Positions 18,061 through 24,665 of a stretch of DNA of 29,879 nt are shown in pieces. Source of the stretch: Ktedonobacter racemifer (GTDB lineage: Bacteria; Chloroflexota; DTOL01; JACQYG01); assembly GCA_020723545.1 (NCBI GenBank), contig DYIS01000004.1, positions 1-29,879 on the forward strand. Direction: 5' to 3'. Under the pieces are notes generated by a model that saw only the letters and a list, made by a program, of their open reading frames with translations, searched no databases and was not told the origin of the DNA. The stretch's first letter is position 1, and each line of letters opens with the position of its first letter. The position numbers were made by a program, and so were the translations under genes.

Positions 18061-18910
18061 GGTGGACGCTAGACTCCTGCCAACCGTGGATCTGGACACC
18101 ATTTTCCGGCCTCGCCTGGCGCAACTCCTGAACGTGGAGGAGATGACGGCGAAGGAGAAGCTCTTCACGTTCCAGCTCAAGGACGGGACGCCCCTGGGGC
18201 AGGATCCCGGCCAGTTCGTGGAGGTGTCGGTGTTCGGCATCGGCGAGGCCCCTATCTCGGTGTCGTCATCCCCGACCCGTGGCGATACCTTTGAGCTCTG
18301 CGTGCGGGCGGTGGGGAACGTGACCAATGCCCTGCACCGCATGGCGCCGGGCGCCACGGTGGGAATCCGCGGGCCTTTTGGCCAGGGCTTTCCGGTGGAG
18401 GAGATGAGGGGCCGCAACGTCCTCTTCGTGGCCGGCGGCCTGGGACTGGTTCCCCTGCGCTCATTGATCCATGCCGTCCTGGACATGCGGCAGGATTTCG
18501 GTGCCGTGACCATCCTCTATGGCACCAAGAATCCCTCCGAGCTGCTTTTCCGGAACGAACTGGCCCAGTGGGAAGCTCGAGATGATGTGGACTATCAGGT
18601 CACGGTGGACGTGGCCGACGAATCCTGGCGCGGCAACGTGGGGGTGATCACCACCCTGTTCCGGGGCCTGCCGGTGGACCCCCGCAACACCGTGGCGGTG
18701 ATCGTGGGCCCGCCAGTGATGTACAGGTTCGTGATCCGGGAGGTCCTGGGGAAGGGCCTGCCCATGGGTCGAATCCTCGTCTCCCTGGAGCGCCGGATGA
18801 AGTGCGGCGTGGGCAAGTGCGGTCATTGCCAGATCAACGGCGTGTACGTCTGCCAGAAGGGCCCGGTCTTCACCTATTCGGAGCTACGGAATCTGCAGGA
18901 GGCGATATGA
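18053..18910 (+). CDS. hydG: Group 3b hydrogenase gamma subunit (FAD/NAD(P)-binding, [2Fe-2S])
   Basis: GQFVEVS...GEAPISVSS, RGPFG, AGGLGLVPLRS, VGPPVM and MKCGVGKCGHC...VC. Confidence 0.9.
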   Translation: MNRVDARLLPTVDLDTIFRPRLAQLLNVEEMTAKEKLFTFQLKDGTPLGQDPGQFVEVSVFGIGEAPISVSSSPTRGDTFELCVRAVGNVTNALHRMAPGATVGIRGPFGQGFPVEEMRGRNVLFVAGGLGLVPLRSLIHAVLDMRQDFGAVTILYGTKNPSELLFRNELAQWEARDDVDYQVTVDVADESWRGNVGVITTLFRGLPVDPRNTVAVIVGPPVMYRFVIREVLGKGLPMGRILVSLERRMKCGVGKCGHCQINGVYVCQKGPVFTYSELRNLQEAI

Positions 18911-19647
18911 TGAAGCCGAAGATTGCGGTGTTCGAGTTCTCCAGTTGCGAGGGATGCCAGTTGATGTTCGCCAACCTGGAGGCCGAGATCCTGGAGGTCC
19001 TGGGAGCAGTGGAGATCGTGAACTTCCGGGAGATCATGACCGAGAAGGGCGACGACTACCAGATCGCCTTCGTGGAAGGGGCCATCACCCAGGAATCGGA
19101 GATCGAACGGCTGAAGAAGATCCGCGAGCAGGCTAAGGTGTTGGTGGCCCTGGGAGCCTGCGCCCACCTGGGCGGGGTGAATTGCATGAAGAACTATCAA
19201 GACCAGGAGGAGGTCCGCCGCTACGTGTACAAGGAGCGAGCGGAGTGGTTCGACACCATCCCGGCCCGGCCGCTGAGCGCGGTGGTGCCGGTGGACTACG
19301 CAGTCCCGGGGTGCCCCATCGATAAGAAGGAGCTACTCGAGGTCACCAAGAGCTTGCTATTAGGCAAAAAACCCAGCCTCCCGGACTACCCCGTGTGTGT
19401 GGAATGCAAGATGGCCGAGAACATCTGCGTCTTCGACAAGGGCATGACCTGTCTGGGGCCGGTGACCCGGGCGGGCTGTGCGACCATCTGCCCCACCTTC
19501 GGGAACAAGTGCGAGGGCTGCCGGGGGCTGGTGGACAACCCTAATGTCAACTCGCACAAGCAGGTGCTCCAGGAACACGGGCTCTCGGTGCAGGGGATAC
19601 TGAACAGCTTTCGCATGTTCGAGGGCTACTTGGAGGTGGCTAAATGA
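18907..19647 (+). CDS. hydD: Group 3b hydrogenase delta (small) subunit
   Basis: SSCEGCQ, VEGAI, LGACA, VPGCP and distal CVEC...CLGPVTRAGC...CP...CEGCRG; ATGA overlap. Confidence 0.9.
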   Translation: MMKPKIAVFEFSSCEGCQLMFANLEAEILEVLGAVEIVNFREIMTEKGDDYQIAFVEGAITQESEIERLKKIREQAKVLVALGACAHLGGVNCMKNYQDQEEVRRYVYKERAEWFDTIPARPLSAVVPVDYAVPGCPIDKKELLEVTKSLLLGKKPSLPDYPVCVECKMAENICVFDKGMTCLGPVTRAGCATICPTFGNKCEGCRGLVDNPNVNSHKQVLQEHGLSVQGILNSFRMFEGYLEVAK

Positions 19648-20930
19648 GAGACCTGAGCCTGAGCGTCCACCACATCACCCGGGTGGAGGGGCATGCCAAC
19701 ATCACCGTGGACGTGAGGAAGGGAGAGATTAAGGAGTTGAAGCTGGAGATCGTGGAGTCTCCCCGCTTCTTCGAGGCCATGTTGCGAGGCCGCTCCTGGG
19801 AGGACGTGGCACACATCACCTCGCGCATTTGCGGCATCTGTGCCGTGGGCCACACCGCTGCCTCCTTGCGAGCCACCGAAGCGGCCTTCGACTTCGTGCC
19901 CTCGGAACAGACGGTGCTATTGCGCAAGCTGATCATCGACGGGGAAACGATGCAGAGCCATCTCCTGCACGTGTACTTTTTGGTGGCGCCGGATCTCTTG
20001 GGCGTTGGCAGCGTGATACCCCTGGCTGCCACGCACCCGGAGGTGGTGAAGAGGGCCCTGCGCCTGAAAAAGCTGGCCAACGACATCTGCTACGTGGTGG
20101 GCGGCCGGGCGGTGCACCCCATCTCCATGGTGGTGGGTGGGTTCACCCGCCCCCCCACGGCCCAGGAGCTGGGGGGCCTACGCCAGAGGCTGGTGGAGGC
20201 GGTGCCGGACCTGGAGGCCACCGCGGAGCTGATCAAGGCCCTGCCCCTGCCCAGGTTTGAAAACCCGACCGAGTATTTGGCCCTGAAGAGCCAGGCGGAA
20301 TATGCCTTCTACGACGGCGATATCGCCTCCACCGACGGCGACGTCACACCAGTCAAGGACTACCGCCAGAAGATCAGGGAGACGGTGGTAGAGCACTCCA
20401 CGACCAAACACGTGAGCGGCAACCGGCAGTCGCTCATGGTAGGTGCCCTGGCCCGCTTCAACAACAACCACGAGCAGCTCCACCCGCTGGCGAAGAAGGT
20501 GGCCCGGGACCTGGGGCTCCGGGCCCCCTGCCATAACAGCTTCATGATCAGCGTGGCCCAGGTGGTGGAGGCGGTGCACGCGGCCGAGGACGCGATCATG
20601 GCCATCGACGAGCTCTTGGGCCGGGGGTTGAAAGATGAGCCGATCAAGGTCCCGGTGAAGGCGGGCAGTGGAGTGGGGGCGGTGGAGGTGCCCCGGGGGA
20701 CCCTCTACCACGAATACAGCTATGATTCTAAAGGCGTCATAAGCGACTCTAACCTGATCATCCCCACCGGTCAGAACATGGCCAACATCGAGTTCGACCT
20801 GCGGGCCATCCTGCCGCAGATCCTGGACAAGCCAAAGGAGGAGATCGCCCATACCCTGGAGATGGTGGTGAGAGCGTACGACCCCTGCATCTCCTGCTCC
20901 ACCCATCTCCTGGACGTGAGGTTTGTTTAG
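19644..20930 (+). CDS. hydA: Group 3b NiFe hydrogenase alpha (large) subunit
   Basis: TRVEGH, L1 RICGICAVGH, EVPRG, L2 RAYDPCISCSTH plus a 7-aa C-terminal extension. Confidence 0.93.
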   Translation: MRDLSLSVHHITRVEGHANITVDVRKGEIKELKLEIVESPRFFEAMLRGRSWEDVAHITSRICGICAVGHTAASLRATEAAFDFVPSEQTVLLRKLIIDGETMQSHLLHVYFLVAPDLLGVGSVIPLAATHPEVVKRALRLKKLANDICYVVGGRAVHPISMVVGGFTRPPTAQELGGLRQRLVEAVPDLEATAELIKALPLPRFENPTEYLALKSQAEYAFYDGDIASTDGDVTPVKDYRQKIRETVVEHSTTKHVSGNRQSLMVGALARFNNNHEQLHPLAKKVARDLGLRAPCHNSFMISVAQVVEAVHAAEDAIMAIDELLGRGLKDEPIKVPVKAGSGVGAVEVPRGTLYHEYSYDSKGVISDSNLIIPTGQNMANIEFDLRAILPQILDKPKEEIAHTLEMVVRAYDPCISCSTHLLDVRFV

Positions 20931-20955
20931 GGCGAAGGCATGGGTAGATCGAATT

Positions 20956-20972
20956 CTTTACTACTAGTAAAC
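20956..20972. repeat. Overlapping double half-site variant of the recurring motif
   Basis: CTTTACTACTAGTAAAC: TTTACT/AGTAAA inverted arms around ACT. Confidence 0.4.
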
Positions 20973-21071
20973 CAGGCTGGCTGAGGCGCCCTGGTGCCAT
21001 CGCGATGCGCGAGGCCGGGCTGGGGGCGGGGACGAGATGCGCCTGATGTTGAAGTTAAAGAGGAGGGCAAA

Positions 21072-21524
21072 ATGGTATCACTGGAGATCCTGAAGAAGGC
21101 TGAGCTCTTCGAGGGCCTGAGCGACGATGACCTGGCAGCCATTGCCAAACATGCCCGGCTGGAGACCTACGAGGCTGGCACCAAGATCTTCGCCGAGGGT
21201 GAGGTGGCCAAGGACATCTACGTGGTGCACGAGGGACGGGTGGCAGTGATGATCGGCATCGGCCAGGGCAAGCAGCTCATCGTCGACACCGTCTCCAAGG
21301 GCGGCACGCTGGCTTGGTCGGCCCTGGTGGAGCCCCATATCCTAACGAGCTCGGCCAAAAGCGTGGACAAGAGCACCCTCGTCGCCATCCCCGGCGAGGA
21401 CCTGGACCACATCTGCGAGAGCAACTGCCGCCTGTGCTACACGATCATGGCGAAGATCGCCGCGGTGATCTCCCGGCGCCTGCAAAACACGCGCCTGCAA
21501 CTGGTGAGCCTGATGTACGGGTAG
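21072..21524 (+). CDS. Stand-alone cyclic-nucleotide-binding-domain protein 1 (no HTH)
   Basis: ELFEGLSDDDL, IFAEGE...IYVVHEGRVAV, LAWSALV; ATG 21072 follows AGGAGGG. Confidence 0.85.
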   Translation: MVSLEILKKAELFEGLSDDDLAAIAKHARLETYEAGTKIFAEGEVAKDIYVVHEGRVAVMIGIGQGKQLIVDTVSKGGTLAWSALVEPHILTSSAKSVDKSTLVAIPGEDLDHICESNCRLCYTIMAKIAAVISRRLQNTRLQLVSLMYG

Positions 21525-21564
21525 AGCTGGTCCGAGGAGAATGTGAAAACGATCAGACCCCTGG

Positions 21565-21595
21565 AGCGTCGGCGAAACCCGGCGCTTCTTTTGTT
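21565..21595 (+). terminator. Intrinsic terminator after the hydrogenase/cNMP genes
   Basis: AGCGTCGG-CGAAAC-CCGGCGCT stem (one G-U pair) followed by TCTTTTGTT. Confidence 0.6.
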
Positions 21596-21663
21596 CCAGA
21601 AAGCGCAACGGCCGGGGGAATGGCGTGGCATTGGTACGAATAGTACAAATATTCTCGAATTTC

Positions 21664-21698
21664 TTGACACAGTTCGTCGTTTGTGCTATAATTCACTG
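21664..21698 (+). promoter_or_regulatory. Consensus sigma70 promoter for the lrp-hdr operon with a palindrome over the -10
   Basis: TTGACA (21664-21669), 17 nt, TGn-extended TATAAT (21687-21692); TTGTGCTATAATTCACTG at 21681-21698. Confidence 0.75.
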
Positions 21699-21717
21699 TG
21701 TAAATCGTGAGGCGGGT

Positions 21718-22257
21718 ATGGTTCATTGCCTGGATGAGATCGATAAGAGGATCATCGCTCTCCTGCAGGCCGACGGGCGAATGCCCAACGTGGATATCGC
21801 CCGGGAACTGGGCTGCTCCGAGGGCACGGTGCGCAGGCGCCTGGACCACCTGCTGTTCAGTGGCGTGATGAGGATAGGCGCCATCTTAGAGCCGGCCCGG
21901 CTGGGGCTGGGGACCCACACCATTATCGGCGTGGACGTGGAGCTGGCTCAGGCGGAACAGGTCGGCCGGATGCTGGCCGAGATGCCGGAGGTCTGCTCGG
22001 TGATCTACGTGACGGGGAACTACGACGTCATCGCGGAGGCGGTGTTTCACTCCAACGATGAGCTGCTGGCCTTCATCACCGAGAGGATCGCCCGCATCCC
22101 CGGGATCAGGAGGGTCGAGACCTCCCACATCCTCAAGGTGATGAAACGCACCTGCGACTGGCAGGTCTTCGAGGAGGGCCCCGTGGCGGCAGCGCAGGAG
22201 CTCACGGCGACCTCGAAGACGGGGCCCCTCGGCATCGCCGAGCAGCAGAAGAGATGA
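21718..22257 (+). CDS. Lrp/AsnC-family transcriptional regulator
   Basis: LDEIDKRIIALLQADGRMPNVDIARELGCSEGTVRRR HTH plus RAM domain (VTGNYDVI); ATG 21718. Confidence 0.92.
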   Translation: MVHCLDEIDKRIIALLQADGRMPNVDIARELGCSEGTVRRRLDHLLFSGVMRIGAILEPARLGLGTHTIIGVDVELAQAEQVGRMLAEMPEVCSVIYVTGNYDVIAEAVFHSNDELLAFITERIARIPGIRRVETSHILKVMKRTCDWQVFEEGPVAAAQELTATSKTGPLGIAEQQKR

Positions 22258-22589
22258 ACGAGGAGAGTGCCCTGGCGAGGAGGATCGCCGAGACCATCGC
22301 GGAGGCCCTGGCCCGGGCCGATGGCACCAGGAGCTACGCGGTGTTCAGCCGAGGCTGCTGCAGCGCCTGTGATCTTGGGACATGCCCGGAATGCGGCCAC
22401 GCCTTCGACGGCAGCACCGTCATCATCCACCACAAGCGAAAAGGCAAGCGGTACCTGAGCGACCGGGCGGCGCACTTTCTCTCCCATGGAAGGAGCTCAT
22501 ACCAAACCAAATACGTGTACAAGGATCAGCCAGTGACCGTGGACCTGGACCTGCGGGAGCTGGCCGAATACCTGGATATGAAAGCCTAG
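22254..22589 (+). CDS. Hypothetical Cys/His-rich protein, 111 aa
   Basis: ATGA overlap with lrp, GC-rich third codon positions, CCSAC...CPECGH cluster. Confidence 0.7.
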   Translation: MNEESALARRIAETIAEALARADGTRSYAVFSRGCCSACDLGTCPECGHAFDGSTVIIHHKRKGKRYLSDRAAHFLSHGRSSYQTKYVYKDQPVTVDLDLRELAEYLDMKA

Positions 22590-22627
22590 CCTGGCCGCCG
22601 GATCAATGCTTCCGAGGAGGGCCTGTC

Positions 22628-23221
22628 ATGGCGGAAAAAGCCTTCAATCTGACCCGAGAGATGCTGGACCACTCCTTTGCGGAGACCGTGGCTCCCGACC
22701 GGGAGAAGCTCCTCACCTGCATCCAGTGCGGCACCTGCACCGCCTCCTGCCCCACCGCCTACGCCATGGACTACACCCCCCGGCAACTCTGGCGCCTCAT
22801 CCAGGTGGGCCTCCGGGAGGAGGTGCTGAAGAGCAATACCTATTGGCTCTGCACTAACTGCTACTCCTGTACCATTCGCTGCCCTCGAGGCATCTCTCTC
22901 ACCGAGACCATGGCGGCCTTGAAGCGCCTGGCCATCGCCCAGGGCCTGGAAAAACCCAGCACGATCCAGGGCCGGGTGGCGCGGTTCTACCGATCCTTCA
23001 TGGATTCGGTGCGGCGTCATGGACGGTTGCATGAATCAGAGTTCCTGATCACCTATTTTGCCCACACCAATCCCCTGGGCCTGGCCGGGCAAGGACGCCT
23101 GGGCTTCAACCTTTGTAGAAAAGGTAAGATCTCCCTGGCGCCCTCGGAGGTCAAGAAGAGGGGCGACATCGCGGCCATCTTTCGCAAGGCTCAGGAGCTG
23201 GAAGCGGGAGGCGCGCCATGA
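22628..23221 (+). CDS. hdrC: Heterodisulfide reductase subunit C-like (2x[4Fe-4S])
   Basis: CIQCGTCTASCP and WLCTNCYSCTIRCP; ATG 22628 follows GAGGAG. Confidence 0.88.
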   Translation: MAEKAFNLTREMLDHSFAETVAPDREKLLTCIQCGTCTASCPTAYAMDYTPRQLWRLIQVGLREEVLKSNTYWLCTNCYSCTIRCPRGISLTETMAALKRLAIAQGLEKPSTIQGRVARFYRSFMDSVRRHGRLHESEFLITYFAHTNPLGLAGQGRLGFNLCRKGKISLAPSEVKKRGDIAAIFRKAQELEAGGAP

Positions 23222-24102
23222 AGTACACCTATTTTCCGGGATGCTCCCTCCTTAACACGGCCAAGGAATACGACGTCTCGGCCAGGGCGGTGATGCGAGA
23301 GCTGGACAGCGAGCTCGTGGAGATCCCCGACTGGAACTGCTGCGGCGCCACCGCGGCGGACGTGGTCAGCTACCTCCTGTCGCTATTCCTGCCCGCCCGG
23401 AACCTGGCCATGGCCGAGGGCATGGGCCAGGAGGTGGTGGCCACCTGTAGCTCCTGCTTCTTGAACCTGTATCGGGTGAACAAGCATCTGGAGCAGAACC
23501 CGGAGCTGAAAGGGCAACTGGACATCGTATTGGCCGAGGCGGGCTTGAGCTATTCCGGCAACTTAAGGGTGCGACACCTGCTGGATGTGATCGCCAACGA
23601 CATCGGCGTGAAGGCAGTGGCCAAGAGGGCCAAGCGAAGGTTCGCTGGCATTAAGGTGGCCCCCTATTACGGATGCCAGGTGGTGCGCCCCTACGCCGAG
23701 TTCGATGGCCCGGACCTGCCCATGTCCATGGACAGGCTCATCGCTGCCCTGGGCGCGGAGACGATCCCCTATCCCGTGAAAACCCGCTGCTGCGGGGGCG
23801 TGCTTATGACCACCCAGAAGAGCATCGGCGTGAAGCTGGTGGCGGACATCCTGGAGCCGGCCAGGGAGGCCGACTGCGTGGTGACGGTCTGCCCCCTGTG
23901 CCAGTTAAACCTGGAGGCCTATCAGAGAGAGGTGGCGGGCAAGCTGGGCTGGCCGGTGAGGCTGCCGATCCTCTACTTCACCCAGTTCATCGGCCTGGCC
24001 TTCGGCCTCCCGGAGAAGGACCTGCAACTCAGCTCGCACCTGGTATCGGCGGAGAAGTTGCGGATAGCAGGTAGCAGAGAGCAGGTAGCAGAGAGCAGGT
24101 AG
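23218..24102 (+). CDS. hdrB: Heterodisulfide reductase subunit B-like (two CCG domains)
   Basis: YFPGC, WNCCG, CSSC, YYGC, RCCGG and CPLC. Confidence 0.92.
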   Translation: MKYTYFPGCSLLNTAKEYDVSARAVMRELDSELVEIPDWNCCGATAADVVSYLLSLFLPARNLAMAEGMGQEVVATCSSCFLNLYRVNKHLEQNPELKGQLDIVLAEAGLSYSGNLRVRHLLDVIANDIGVKAVAKRAKRRFAGIKVAPYYGCQVVRPYAEFDGPDLPMSMDRLIAALGAETIPYPVKTRCCGGVLMTTQKSIGVKLVADILEPAREADCVVTVCPLCQLNLEAYQREVAGKLGWPVRLPILYFTQFIGLAFGLPEKDLQLSSHLVSAEKLRIAGSREQVAESR

Positions 24103-24118
24103 CAAGTAACAGGTAGCA
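24066..24118 (+). repeat. Tandem repeat, 14-bp unit (7-bp subperiod), about 3.8 copies, spanning the hdrB stop
   Basis: AGCAGGTAGCAGAG, AGCAGGTAGCAGAG, AGCAGGTAGCAAGT, AACAGGTAGCA. Confidence 0.9.
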
Positions 24119-24140
24119 TTCTTTATAGAGGAGGCAGGGG

Positions 24141-24620
24141 ATGGTGTCGGTGAAGGTCCTACGGGGGCTCGAGCTCTTTCAGGGGCTCAGCGATGAGCAG
24201 ATCAAGGAGATAGCGGCTTTGGCCAAGGAAGAGGAATTCGAGGAAGGAGCGGTCATCTTCCAGGAGGACACGGAGGCGGAGAACCTGTACATCCTGGAGG
24301 AGGGCCGGGTGGCCCTGCGTTTCCGTTTGATCGTGCGACCCCTTTCCAAAGAGACCACCGTAGATACCGTCCGCAGAGGCGAGGCCTTCGGGTGGTCGGC
24401 CCTGGTGAAGCCGCACCGACTCACCGCCTCGGCCATCTGCGCGGAGAGAGCGAAGGCGGTGGTGATAAGAGGCAAAGAACTAAGGGAGCTGTTCGAGAAG
24501 AACCATCATGTCGGCTACATCGTGATGACCAACATCGCGGAGATCATCGCCACCCGGCTCAGGGACGTGCGCCTGCAATTGATCCGGGAGATGGGACAAT
24601 CCATCCTTTACGGCTGGTGA
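24141..24620 (+). CDS. Stand-alone cyclic-nucleotide-binding-domain protein 2 (no HTH)
   Basis: ELFQGLSDEQI, IFQED...LYILEEGRVAL, FGWSALV; paralog of 21072-21524. Confidence 0.85.
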   Translation: MVSVKVLRGLELFQGLSDEQIKEIAALAKEEEFEEGAVIFQEDTEAENLYILEEGRVALRFRLIVRPLSKETTVDTVRRGEAFGWSALVKPHRLTASAICAERAKAVVIRGKELRELFEKNHHVGYIVMTNIAEIIATRLRDVRLQLIREMGQSILYGW

Positions 24621-24665
24621 TGACCTGGAACCCAAAATACATCCATCATTTCGGGGGGTGGAGAG

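Noticed and set aside
24066-24118. CRISPR-like array
   Set aside because: Units are 14 bp and contiguous, with no unique spacers and no cas genes.
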